From contig JWZX01003210.1 in the NCBI GenBank assembly GCA_001275005.1, positions 1-41,149 on the forward strand: a stretch of 41,149 nucleotides of DNA, given 5' to 3'. The translations under genes and the position numbers were made by a program. The notes beneath the pieces are model-generated. The model saw nothing but the letters and a program-made list of their open reading frames with translations. It did not search any database and was not told the origin of the DNA. This DNA is from Chrysochromulina tobinii. Taxonomy: Eukaryota. This document shows, piece after piece, positions 10,145-20,813 of this stretch (positions are counted from its first letter, which is position 1; the number at the start of each line of letters is the position of its first letter).

Positions 10145-10897
10145 ATGACGCTGATGAGCATATTATTGGCCTCGCGCTCGCTGACGCTTCCAACAGCTGC
10201 ATCGGCACCTGCTCAACGCGCTACCGCCTCCTATCTGTGCCGTCCACCGCCTGTGTTACATCCATCTGTGGCATCGCCCGTGGACCAAGCGTTGCTCTCC
10301 CTCTTTCGGTGGCAGCTCCGGCAGCAGACGGGCTTTTACGATCCGACGCCCGGCTTCGAAGGAATGATGATCGAACTTCGCGCGTATCAGCGGAGCCACA
10401 CCGTTGAAGAGCAGGCAGACTGCTCTTCGCGGATCATGGCTGCCATGGCCGGCCCACTGCCGGAGATCTTTCGAGTGCTGGGCTCGCACGCCGATTGGGC
10501 TCCTGCAGCGCTGGCCTTCTTCACACGCCCATTCCTACACTTTCTCGTAGGGAACATGACCTTGACCCAGCGTGCCCTCGGCGACGAACGCGCCGGCGGT
10601 GTCCTCGTCGAACGCTGCGCGGTGCTCGAGCACGGCGGGTGCAAGGGATTGTGCTTGCACATGTGCAAGATTCCGACGGAGCGGATGTTTGCCGCTCGGT
10701 GGGGCCTGCCGCTGACCATGCGACCCAATTTCGAGACTTACGAATGCCAGCTCAGCTTTGGGCTCGCGCCACTTCCCATCGATCTCGATCCGTACATTCC
10801 GATTGGATGCCTCTCGCACTGTCCCGCGGCCGGTGCCATCCATGGTGATGCGCGGCTGGCAGGCCAGGCTCAAGATCAGCCTCGAGTTGGCACATGA
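10145..10897 (+). CDS. beta-carotene isomerase DWARF27-like (DUF4033) protein
   Basis: GVLVERCAVLEHGGCKGLCLHMCKIPTERMF...LTMRPNFETYECQLSFGLAP matches the D27 Cys motif; the N-terminus looks like a signal/transit peptide. Confidence 0.88.
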   Translation: MTLMSILLASRSLTLPTAASAPAQRATASYLCRPPPVLHPSVASPVDQALLSLFRWQLRQQTGFYDPTPGFEGMMIELRAYQRSHTVEEQADCSSRIMAAMAGPLPEIFRVLGSHADWAPAALAFFTRPFLHFLVGNMTLTQRALGDERAGGVLVERCAVLEHGGCKGLCLHMCKIPTERMFAARWGLPLTMRPNFETYECQLSFGLAPLPIDLDPYIPIGCLSHCPAAGAIHGDARLAGQAQDQPRVGT

Positions 10898-11209
10898 GAT
10901 AGTGCAGGCTGCGGTGCAGCTTAACGACAAATCTGTGCAACCCTTTTTCATCACCATACCTACTGTCGTCGTCTCTCCGCTCCGTATTCGGAACTCGCAG
11001 ACCTTGGAGTTGGACGCCTCCCCCGCACCGTGTTCTCCCCACTGCCCCCATTCGCAGACCGCGCGGCGCGGACCGCGATCCAACACGCATCCGCGAGGAT
11101 AAACGTCGTCTCATGCGGACACCTCCAATCTACCAATCAGAACTTACCTGAACTTTGGTGAGAAATCGCGCGTCCCGTTGTGCGGGACGCGGTCAGCCTC
11201 TGATTGGAC

Positions 11210-12770
11210 ATGGGTTGCGCGGCGAGCTCCGACCGCCGCCCGAACCCTCCAGACGATGATGCCACATCCACCGGTGACGCTGAACCCTATTTGCTCTCTG
11301 CTGACGTACTCCTTGCCGCAAGCGAGGCTGATCAGCAGAGGATGGCTGAGCTCGTGCAGCTCGGATTGGACCTATCGCTTCTAGCCATCGATGGCAGGCA
11401 CGCCAAGGAGTGCTCCTTTGCCCGTGCCGCCGTCGAGGCGCGCGTACGTGTGTGCGCTTTCGACGCTCTCATCTTTTGGAAGCTGCAGCGGTCTGAGGGT
11501 GCGCATTCAGAGACACTCGTGTGCTCCGCGGCTGATGGCGCGGGGACAGATGGTCTGATTGGTCGCACCCAGAGCACTGGCAACGTCGGCGATACGGGCA
11601 AGGGCGCGCCAACCGCGTGCGCTGCAATCATGCGCAGTTCGAAGGTCGTCGCGCCACTCGTCGTCGTCGAAGTCTCCAACCGGACAACGAGCGCCGAGCT
11701 GCAGTCTCGCTACGGTCGTGCCGTGAGCACCGCGGTTTATGTTCCCGTCAACGCGCCTTCAGTGTGGGAGGCAGGCACGATAGTCCATTATGGCGTACTC
11801 GAGGCAATCATGCACGCACGCCCCGAGAAAGTGAGGGCCGTGGAGGCCGCGACTACACCAGGTGCACCAGCAGCCGCTGAAGCCGCTGCAGCCGCTGCCT
11901 CCACGGCACTGTCTGATGTGACGCTGCAGCAGCTCCGCCAGTTGGGCAGCCACCTCGCCGCAAGCCTACAGACGTTTGCGCTGCTACACTCTGAAGAGCA
12001 AGGCGAGCGGCTACTCTATCGGATGATGCCCAAGCACATCGTCGCGCAGCTGCAGCAGCGGCGTACGGTCAGGGCCGCCGCCGCCGCCGCCGCGGCAGCT
12101 GCCACCAGTCCGCGATCACCCACTCCGAAGCCAGCCTCCACCTTTGCGCCTGCCTCCGCCTTCGCCGCCTTCGCCTCGGTCTCTACCTCTTCTTCCTCCT
12201 TGCCCATATCCCCCTCGACCGCCTCCGATGAGAACTTCATTGTCGACTCTTGTGAGCGCGCTTTCGTGCTCTTCTGCGATCTCGAGGGCTTTACATCGTA
12301 CTGCGCGCGCCGGCAGCCTTCCGAAGTCGTGACGACGCTGAATTCGCTCTTCGCCACCTTCGACGCGCTGCTGCCCCAGCATCGCGTACACAAGGTGACG
12401 ACTATCGGCGATTGTTACGTGGCCGCGGCGGGGCTGAGCTTCATGAGCAGCTCCACGCCGCAGCGCGACATTCTCGCGTTCGCCCTCGACCTCATCGCTG
12501 CGGTCCACGGGTTCCACACCGCCGATGGCGAGGTGCTACGCGTGCGCATTGGCATCCATGTCGGACCGATTGCGGCGGGCGTCGTGGGCGTGGCGATGCC
12601 GCGCTACGCGCTCTTCGGTGAGACGGTGACGGTAGCGGAACATCTCGAGGAGCGAGCTCTCCCCAACCGCATCCTTATCTCACGCGCCGTTCACCGTGCT
12701 CTCCTCGAGCCCCTTGACATTGCCAAGTTGCATGCTCACCAAAGCATGGGCGACGGTCATGAGGGCGGCT

Positions 12771-12801
<31 letters not shown>

Positions 12802-13582
12802 TGGTGGCGGTGTGTTCAGAGCCGACTTCGACAGTGGCGACGCGACTCGGGCGCCATGTCGGGCGCACTCGGCTGCAGACGATCTGGGCATCACATTCGA
12901 GCCTCTCGAGGCACTTCCAGAGGGCCTCGAAGATCCAGCAACCTCGTCCGCCTCCAGTGATGCTTCGACAACCTCGACCACCTCCGCCGTGTGCGCGGTG
13001 GAGGTGGACGAGGTGGACGCAGCCGCCGCTCCTTTGCTCGTGATGGAGGCGTCGGAGCGACAGAGATCAGCGCGGCGGATGCTGCTAGGAGACCTGACCA
13101 CCGCTCATCTGAGCTACTTCCGCGGGCGCATACAGCCGACGGGTCATCGGGCTCAGAGCAGCCAAGAGCCGATGAGGCGCAAGGGGGCCACGAGCTCCGA
13201 GAGCTCGTGGGAGTTGCCGCGCCGCATCTCGTCCAGCGTCAGTGCGCGCGGCTCGAGCTCGCTCTCGAGCTCACTCGAGGCCTCACGCACAGGCGCGATG
13301 CCTGTGCGTGACGTGTGCAACTGCCTCTCCCTCTCGCGCTGTGAACGCGAGTCGCGCGGGTGCTCATCGAGGGAACTGCCGTCCGCTGCGCCGCATGATG
13401 GCTCGCACGCTCCAGAATATAAGGGCGACGCTGCTGGAATGTCCGTCCTGCCTGGGGTGGCGGCATCAGATAGGTTCAAAGATCGGGGGCCATCCACCAG
13501 CACCACAGATACCGGTAGGTCCTCGGGCTCGGGGACCTCGGGGTCGGGCGGGAGCGCCCCTCTTCCACACCGGCGCGTGTGA
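11210..13582 (+). CDS. class III nucleotidyl cyclase (guanylate-cyclase-like), predicted N-acylated, with a possible GAF-like region
   Basis: MGCAASS start. ERLLYRMMPKHIV signalling helix; VLFCDLEGFT...HKVTTIGDCYVAAAG...RIGIHVGPIAAGVVGVAMPRYALFGETV. Confidence 0.88.
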
Positions 13583-13675
13583 CATGAATGTGTGAGTACG
13601 TTTATGAATCGCTCGTTGTAGGCAACGTATGTACTCTAAGTAGACTTTTTAACAATCACTCCTCTCACTGTACAC

Positions 13676-14641
13676 TCACAGCTCCTGGGCTTCGGCTTCC
13701 CGCTGACGCTGCTTGGCCTGCTTGCGAGCCACATGCTTCTTAAGCCCATTCAGGTTGGCCTGCGCACTCTCTACCAGCTTCGGATCCATCTCGGGATCGG
13801 CGCTCACGACTGCTTGTGCCGCGTCGAGCGCCTTGGTCATGTACGTCACCGCCAACTCGTCGCGTCCCAGTTTCTCAAGCACGCCAGCCACGCCGTTGAG
13901 GCTCGCCGCGTGCTCCAAGCTGTGCATGAGGCTCGGCTCCGATGCGTACGCCTGCTCGGCCTGCAAAGCTTGCTCCAAGGCGTCGGACAGCTCGCCAACG
14001 GCCGCCAAGGCCTGTGCATACTGCACGCGCAGCTGCGCCACCCCAGCAATCGTCGGCACCTCCTGCCCCTTGGGAGCTGGCCCCTTTGCCTCCTGAATCC
14101 CGAGGAGCTCTGTGTAGCCCTTGATCGCGGCCCTCGGCTGGTTGGCCTGCAGCGCCGCGTAAGCCGCCTTGCCGAGCGTCATCTCGTAGCCGGGATGGCT
14201 TGAGCCGGAACTCTCGCGCATTGCCTCGAGCAGGTTGTTGTACACCTTGCGCGCCAGGTCATAGTCGCTGGCCTGCATGTGCGCATCTGCCATCTTGTCA
14301 AGCGCCATCGCGTATCGAGGGTCGCCGCGGCCGTGCAGCGCCATGAGCACTTCGGAACCCTCCTCCAATGCTGCGATCGCCTCGGACTGCTGATTCAGCT
14401 GCCTATATATCCCACCAAGATCGACCAACAGGTCAGCCGCCCACTGCGTGGGCTTCGTCTCCTTTTGTCGCAGCTCATGTAACGCCTCCCTTAGCAGCTT
14501 CCGCGCGAGCGTCAGCTTGCCCTCGGTGGTGGCTCGGCGAGCTTCTGCACGCACGGCTTCGAAGTCTACCGAGCGTGACGAGCTACCGAGCGCGAGCGCG
14601 ACGATTGCAAGGACGAGCTCGAGGGTCGTCACTCCTCGCAT
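13676..14641 (-). CDS. secretory-pathway TPR-repeat protein
   Basis: Hydrophobic signal peptide; kinesin-light-chain-type TPRs (ADLLVDLGGIYRQLNQQSEA, AASLNGVAGVLEKLGR); ends AQEL, resembling an ER-retention signal. Confidence 0.82.
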   Translation of the reverse strand: MRGVTTLELVLAIVALALGSSSRSVDFEAVRAEARRATTEGKLTLARKLLREALHELRQKETKPTQWAADLLVDLGGIYRQLNQQSEAIAALEEGSEVLMALHGRGDPRYAMALDKMADAHMQASDYDLARKVYNNLLEAMRESSGSSHPGYEMTLGKAAYAALQANQPRAAIKGYTELLGIQEAKGPAPKGQEVPTIAGVAQLRVQYAQALAAVGELSDALEQALQAEQAYASEPSLMHSLEHAASLNGVAGVLEKLGRDELAVTYMTKALDAAQAVVSADPEMDPKLVESAQANLNGLKKHVARKQAKQRQREAEAQEL

Positions 14642-15263
14642 GAAGAAATCACCGAATCGGGAGATGTTTCCTTTTGCGCACTTCCAATCACACGACCGAC
14701 ACGACGCGTTTCGATCGACACACGACCGACCTCCAGTTCACCAGTAGTCGCAGATAAAGCCGAAGCCAGCCGACCGCAGCCTGTCCTCGAAAAGGCGCAG
14801 TATCTCGCGCGTCATCCTGGAGGAGAAAGAGGCTGATATCGTGATATGAAGGCTGCGAAACCAGCCGACCGCAAGCGCATGCTTATCCACCTGACGCTCG
14901 GCGCTGATGAGAAAGAGTTGGTGGAGGGCGAGGAGGGGGAGGAGGGGGAGGAGGGCGATGACGGCGAGGAAGACAACGAGGGAGGCGTGAGCAGAGCGTC
15001 AGAAGCGAGGGGTCGAGCTCGAGGGCGAGTGGGCGACGGGAAGACCAAGACGCTAGACGGCGTCTTAAAGACGGCGAGGACGACGGCGAAAAGGGCGAGC
15101 AAGAGAGCGATGAGAATTCGCGCGTGTGACACAGCTGTTTGCACGTGCTCGTGTGGTAAACACATGTTCCGTGCAAGCCACGAGATTAGGTAAATCCTTC
15201 TCGATCCTGTACTCGGCGTGCCGATGCACAGCCGAGCGGTTATCGAACGTGACAGACACATAT

Positions 15264-17291
15264 TCAGAAGCTGAGTTTGTGCTCCTCTGCGGAGTAGCTA
15301 TACTCTTCGTCCGCAGAGGAGCTTGTGGTTTTGTTCCTCCTCTGCATCTGGCGAGGGTCGGAAGGGTCCTCGACCTCCTCACCAAGAGTTGAGCCACCGT
15401 GGCCCTTCCCGATGGATTTCGGTCCGTCGATCATCGGGATGCTGTCGGCGAGTCGGCCGATGGCCTTCATGGTGACCGTTGTCGCATGCTTGAGGCGTGT
15501 CCATGGGTTTGGGGACACCACCGGGATTTTGTTGACCGTGTCGCCAATGGCCGTTGTCGCCAGCTCAACATGCCGCTCGAGGGCCGTTTCCCAATACCCA
15601 TGAACACTCGAGCCCACGTCCTCCTCGCTGATCGCCTTGGGGAGATTTGCTTGCGAAGTAAGCCGCCCCTTGACGCCTGCCACCATGTCTTCCTCGGTGA
15701 GCACTCCCGATCCGTCCTTGTCCATCGACTCGAATAGCTTGGTGAAGAGGCGGACGTTGTCCATATCGATCACCCCGAGCCGGTCCATCATGCCGATGAC
15801 GAACTCGAACTTGTCCACGCCGCTCTGGTCCTTGTCGAGGCTTCTGAGCATGTCCAAGTCGAGCGTGCTTCGGAACATTTTGAGCTTCGCCAGTGCCATA
15901 CTGCGCTGCCTCCTCAGCTTGTTGACGTCGCCGACGATCGCGGCGAGGAGTGAGACGGAGATGACGATGTGGAAGAAGGCCCACATGTGGCCACCACTGG
16001 TGTTGATACGCACGTCTCCGTACCCGACGGTCGTCGCCGTGACGAGGCAGTGATAAAGGGCCAGACCAAAGTCCCAGCCTTCGAGTACGGAGAAGACGGC
16101 GGAGAAGCAGCACTGGATGGTGACGATGATGAGCGCGGGTACGAAGAGGTTTTTCGAGTAGAAGGCGAGAGGAGGGCGAGGCACTTTGAAGTCGGCGGTG
16201 CCATCGCCATCGATGTCGATCCCCTTTTGCGGGAAGATGCGCTCGAAGAATTCGCGTGAAGCTTCAAAGAGCGGGCTGAACAATTTCGAGATCAGCGAGG
16301 AGAGCTGCGCGAATACGATGCAGATGCCGAAGAAGATGTAGAAGATGGTGAAGGCCCTGGACCAGGGGGTGGTGGGATAGACGTCGCCATAGCCGACGGT
16401 CGACGCGGTCACCATCAAGAAGTACAAGGACTTCCAGACATCCCATCCCTCTTCGGCCATGTAGTACGCGCAGCCCGTGCCAAAGTAAAGGGCGCACCAG
16501 ACGAGACAGACGATTGCCTGAGTGACAGCACGCTTGTGGAGGCGTGCTCGGTGCACGTTACGGACCTCGCTCTGTGTCTGCACGGCCTGCTTCGCCCCGT
16601 GCTTCGCACCAGGAGCCTCTACGGCCTTCGGCATCGTCAGCAGGCTAGGGGAATCATGAGGCTCGACTGTAGTCGTGACGATCTCGTCGGGCTGCTCGTC
16701 GTCGAGCACATCCAGCACCCCTTGTGAGGACTGCCACAGTCCACGCAAGCGAGCCACCGTGACGGGCGCATCGGCAGGTGCACTGGATGCCGACAGGAGC
16801 CGACTGGCCGTGTTCGCGTGTTCCTCTTCCAACCTATTGGATGGGCTGGGCTCCTGCGATCTGCGATAGACCGATGACGAGGGGCTGACCGCCGCCGACC
16901 CGCCGAAATTGAGTGACGATTGGCTCGCCGCCGGCGATCCACCGAAATCGGGTGGCAGCCTCTCCTGTGACAGCCTCCTCTCACGAGCTTCGATTCCAGC
17001 CTCTATCCATGGCCTCAGAGGAGACCCGCCATGTTGGCCTTGGGAATTCGTCGAATGCAGCAGCGAGCCTTTTGCGTGCATGGCCTTCTCGGCTCGCTTG
17101 CGCGCGAGCGTCTGGATTGCGTTGGTCATCCGGCGCGCCTCCGCCCATTCGACAGCGTCGGCAGTAATCGGAGCCGTGTCTGACACGGATTCCATCGAGC
17201 GACCGGATGTGTCATTGGTGGGAGGATGAGAAGTCGAAATAAGCAGTTGAGACGTCGACGGCGCTGGCCGCACGACAGTGACGGTCTTCAT
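15264..17291 (-). CDS. two-pore-domain K+ channel (TPK/KCO-like) with C-terminal EF-hands
   Basis: Two pore loops TASTVGYGD and TATTVGYGD, four TM helices, EF-hand-like DKDQSGVDKFEF and DKDGSGVLTEED. Confidence 0.93.
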   Translation of the reverse strand: MKTVTVVRPAPSTSQLLISTSHPPTNDTSGRSMESVSDTAPITADAVEWAEARRMTNAIQTLARKRAEKAMHAKGSLLHSTNSQGQHGGSPLRPWIEAGIEARERRLSQERLPPDFGGSPAASQSSLNFGGSAAVSPSSSVYRRSQEPSPSNRLEEEHANTASRLLSASSAPADAPVTVARLRGLWQSSQGVLDVLDDEQPDEIVTTTVEPHDSPSLLTMPKAVEAPGAKHGAKQAVQTQSEVRNVHRARLHKRAVTQAIVCLVWCALYFGTGCAYYMAEEGWDVWKSLYFLMVTASTVGYGDVYPTTPWSRAFTIFYIFFGICIVFAQLSSLISKLFSPLFEASREFFERIFPQKGIDIDGDGTADFKVPRPPLAFYSKNLFVPALIIVTIQCCFSAVFSVLEGWDFGLALYHCLVTATTVGYGDVRINTSGGHMWAFFHIVISVSLLAAIVGDVNKLRRQRSMALAKLKMFRSTLDLDMLRSLDKDQSGVDKFEFVIGMMDRLGVIDMDNVRLFTKLFESMDKDGSGVLTEEDMVAGVKGRLTSQANLPKAISEEDVGSSVHGYWETALERHVELATTAIGDTVNKIPVVSPNPWTRLKHATTVTMKAIGRLADSIPMIDGPKSIGKGHGGSTLGEEVEDPSDPRQMQRRNKTTSSSADEEYSYSAEEHKLSF

Positions 17292-18149
17292 GAGATCCCA
17301 GAGTGATTAGGCGCGCTGGCCCAGTGCCGTGTCAACGGCAAGACTTGAACGTAGCAGCGGCAAGTCGAAACTGTGATCAGCTTCAGCTTCCAGACGCGCG
17401 TCTCCCCCTCAGCCGAGCCCTATCACTCCAGACTCGGACATGCCCTGGCTGTGTCTTCGTCACAAAGAAATTCTTTGGAAAAGTTGCCTAATATGGGCAT
17501 GCATCTGCCAGTCAATCACATCGGCTGCATGCAGGCGCGCGTTTGAAATGCACGTGCTCGTGTAGTCGGATCCGCGCACGCCACGATGAGGGGAATCCTT
17601 CGGGCTTCAAGGCGGGGTGAAGCGCGGCCGATGTGTTTCGTTCACAGTGTTTCGTGGATCGCCTCCTCCACAGCCGGCATGCTCTCATGTGCTCTCCCAA
17701 CGCCTCGGCGGTGAGAAGAAGGTGGGCGTCGCCTTGCCCCCGAAGCTCAGAGTGCACGCGCGCTCAAACTGTCCACCGCCGCCGCGTGCGCGACTGCGGC
17801 GCGATTGGGGCGACCGGCATCGACAGAAGCCGCACGTTCCACGTTGCCGCGACGGATGCACGGATCAGAGTCGCTGCTGTCGTGCCCATCGAGCAGCTGG
17901 AACGACCACCAACGTAACTCGAAGCGCGCCTTGATGGTCGTGCGTTCGTAGTTCGTGAACTCGCCTGCGACGATCCGGGCAATGTGCCCGATGGCCAGCC
18001 GCGGCTTTCCATAACGGTTTCACATAACGGTTTTCCATGGCTCATCGACCTCTCAGTGGAATTGTCGTTTGTGGTGCGCGGTACATGCTATAGCTCCTGC
18101 CGATATGATTGCCGCGGAGACCACGCCGCCCGTCGTCCGGGTACCACCA

Positions 18150-19274
18150 TCATACTTGCACAGAGGCTGCACGGCGGTTGCCCTTCTTGCCAAGCACGGC
18201 AGGCGGACCACTCCGATCATTCCTCTGCTCATCCATATGCGCTGGCGCGCGCGAGACAAGCTTGACATCGATGGCGCAGGGCCCCTTGTGATTCGAACCG
18301 AGAGCATATGAGACCAGGTCACCAGGCCGCAGCGAACGTTGCTTGCCTTCATGGCTGCAGGCAGCGCACAGCGCCTTGTGGTTCACATAGAGCTCTTTGC
18401 CATGCTGCACCGGCGACAAAAACCCATAACCCTTGGGCCCGTTCCAGAGGGAACATCTGGCCGCATAGCGCACTGGCTCAGCTGCGGCTTTATCGGCCGC
18501 CGCCTTCTCCGCTGCGGCCTTTTCGGCCGCCGCTTTCTCGGCCGCTGCCTTCTCCGCCGCTGCCTTCACCGCCTCAGCCTCCTCTGCCAAGCAGACTTTG
18601 CATCGACGCACGGCTGCGCTCTTCTTCAGCTGCGCTGATGAGAAGGCTTCTTTGGGACGTCGCTCCTTGCACAGCGAGCAGAGCGACCCGGCGCTCTCGA
18701 CCGCAGACGGTGGGGCTGGTGCTGGCGACTCTGCAGCCGCTGCTGGTGCTGGTGCTGGTGCCGTGCACACGATATCACGCCACAAATGCGTCTCCGTCGC
18801 CGAATGCGCGAGCGCGTTGTAGTGTGCCGAGCCGTGAAGCGCCGTTGTGAGCAGCACCGTCGGCCCGCCGCGCTCCTTGACTCGGCGTAGCTGTTCTATG
18901 AAGTCCATGTCCGCCGTGATAAAGACGACAGCGGTGGCCGCGCCGATCGGGAGCAGTGCAAGGTCTCGCTCTAGCCGAGCGTTCAGCTTGCGATCGGCGT
19001 CCTCGCGCTTGGACGACGCGAGCACCTGCTCCACATTTGCGCGGTTGAGCGCGTCGCGCATCCTCGTTCCAACCGAATCCGGGTTAAAGAAGGCCGTGAT
19101 CAACCCGACGACGCCCGCGCCCCACAGGCCGCGCGTCTCGAGCCAGCGCTCGAGCGCACGCACGGCCTCGACGGTGTCGATGCCCGAGGGAACGCTGACA
19201 TTCTCGATATCCCACAGCACGCGCGTGTGCCGCTGCACCTCCGGCGTCGAGAAAAGCGAGAGAACAGGGCCCAT
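18150..19274 (-). CDS. NYN (PIN-like) ribonuclease + C4 zinc finger (Stc1-like) + cold-shock domain
   Basis: NYN: VLWDIENV...KREDADRKL...FITADMDF. Zn finger: CSLCKERRPKEAFSSAQLKKSAAVRRCKVC. (AAAEK)n linker. CSD: WNGPKGYGFL...ELYVNHKAL...LRPGDLVSY...KGPCAIDV. Confidence 0.85.
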   Translation of the reverse strand: MGPVLSLFSTPEVQRHTRVLWDIENVSVPSGIDTVEAVRALERWLETRGLWGAGVVGLITAFFNPDSVGTRMRDALNRANVEQVLASSKREDADRKLNARLERDLALLPIGAATAVVFITADMDFIEQLRRVKERGGPTVLLTTALHGSAHYNALAHSATETHLWRDIVCTAPAPAPAAAAESPAPAPPSAVESAGSLCSLCKERRPKEAFSSAQLKKSAAVRRCKVCLAEEAEAVKAAAEKAAAEKAAAEKAAAEKAAADKAAAEPVRYAARCSLWNGPKGYGFLSPVQHGKELYVNHKALCAACSHEGKQRSLRPGDLVSYALGSNHKGPCAIDVKLVSRAPAHMDEQRNDRSGPPAVLGKKGNRRAASVQV

Positions 19275-19706
19275 CGTGCTGTAAAATTATTTTTAGAAGT
19301 TTGGGGGTTCAGCCCAATACTACCGGGTATTTGTTTACATAAGTGTGGTGTTGCACCGTGGGAATAGAAGTATCCTGAGCACGAACAAAACATGGCGGAC
19401 CCGACCGTCGCGCGATCCGTCCGCCGCGGCGCGACCGTCGACATGCGTCGCGGAATCGTTTCTTCATACCAATGTTTCATACATGAGATTACTTAGGGAG
19501 AGAATCAACTCAGATCTCAGTGGCACTCGAGACCGTTCCGTATGTGTACTGAAAAGGAGTAGGAGATTAGAGACGTCAGATCACAATGCGACGGGGTCCG
19601 GGACGCGACAAAGGTCGACCCTCACTCATCACTCTCCGTCTTCCTGCCATCTCCCCGATGACAAGCGTTGGAGAACACACAGGTTCTGGAGGGTTGGGGC
19701 TAACCC

Positions 19707-20663
19707 TTACTTGGCCTTTTTCTTCTTCTCACCTTCGCCGCCGCCGAGCACGCCGAAGAACTGGTAGAGCAGTGTCATGTTAAAGACGAAGTTGCCCACG
19801 AGGGCGCGTGAGCCACGGCACTCGGCACCGGTAGCGAGCAGGTAGAGCGTGACGAAATAGCACGCAGCCGACGTGCCGAATTGGATGATCTGGAACTGCG
19901 TCACGAGACGCTTCCACGGCACGGGCAGGTTGAGCACGCGACGGAAGTAGTAGTAGTACATGACCACGTGGACGGCTGTGTTGAAGAGGAGACCACCGAA
20001 CTGCAGCGTCTGCACGTATTCGAGCCACGCCCACGCCATCACCAGCACGACCGCATGGTGATATACGTGGAGGAAGAAGTGGGGCGGCGGCCGGCCCTTG
20101 AGGAGCTGCAGCACGGTGTCGAGCAGCTCGTAGTACTTGGAGAGGTAATAAATGTACGACCAAAAGAAGAGCGCGCCGCGCGGCTCCGTCTTGGCCGCCT
20201 CGCAGAAGAAAAAGTACATGCCGCCGAGCGCGCCGGCTTCGGCTGGCGGCGCGACCGCCTCCTGCTGCACGCGCAGCACGAGCTCGCGGAGCGTGCCAAC
20301 GAACATGATCAGCGAGCCGACGCACAGGATCATGTTGTGCACCGCTTGCAGCATCTTTGTCTCGACGCCCTTGCCGCCGCGCACCTTGCCCATGTAATAA
20401 TTGAGGCAGAGCACGACAACGACGTACACGGCGCCGGCGGTGAGCGGCGCGTAGACTGACGAGAGCGGCGCGGCGTGGAAGTCAAACTCATCGAAGTCAA
20501 ACAGGCCAGGTGGTGGTGGTGGTGGCGGTAGCGGTGAAGATGGCGATTGACCCTGCGCGGCGATGGGAACGACGTCAGGGCTGCAGGTCGTGATTGGAGG
20601 GCACAGCAGGGGCGTCCAAGGCGCGGCGGGTTCTAAGCAGCTCCCGCGGCAAAGCCGCACCAT
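19707..20663 (-). CDS. ELO/GNS1/SUR4 fatty-acid elongase; predicted exons 20663-20661 (ATG only) and 20552-19707
   Basis: SKYYELLDT, FLHVYHH, NTAVHVVMYYYY, TQFQIIQF and a C-terminal KKKKAK dilysine ER signal. Candidate intron 20553-20660 (GTGCGG...CCCTGAC...CGCAG). Confidence 0.92.
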   Translation of the reverse strand: MVRLCRGSCLEPAAPWTPLLCPPITTCSPDVVPIAAQGQSPSSPLPPPPPPPGLFDFDEFDFHAAPLSSVYAPLTAGAVYVVVVLCLNYYMGKVRGGKGVETKMLQAVHNMILCVGSLIMFVGTLRELVLRVQQEAVAPPAEAGALGGMYFFFCEAAKTEPRGALFFWSYIYYLSKYYELLDTVLQLLKGRPPPHFFLHVYHHAVVLVMAWAWLEYVQTLQFGGLLFNTAVHVVMYYYYFRRVLNLPVPWKRLVTQFQIIQFGTSAACYFVTLYLLATGAECRGSRALVGNFVFNMTLLYQFFGVLGGGEGEKKKKAK

Positions 20664-20813
20664 TTCGTCCCGAAAGGAGAGCTGACGTGTGAGATCGCGA
20701 TCTCTTTCAAACATCAGAAAAGTGTCAAGGAACTCCTTAGCGTGAATTCATAACAAGAACGTGACTGGGCCACTGTTGTGACTTGTGTAATCCATGGCGC
20801 TATGTATGGATGC

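Noticed and set aside
14846..15193. 115-aa ORF with an acidic EEG repeat
   Set aside because: Low complexity with no domain; cannot be distinguished from a gene relic or chance ORF.
17500..18140. Several short ORFs between the K+ channel and NYN genes, possibly extra NYN exons
   Set aside because: No motif and no convincing splice path.
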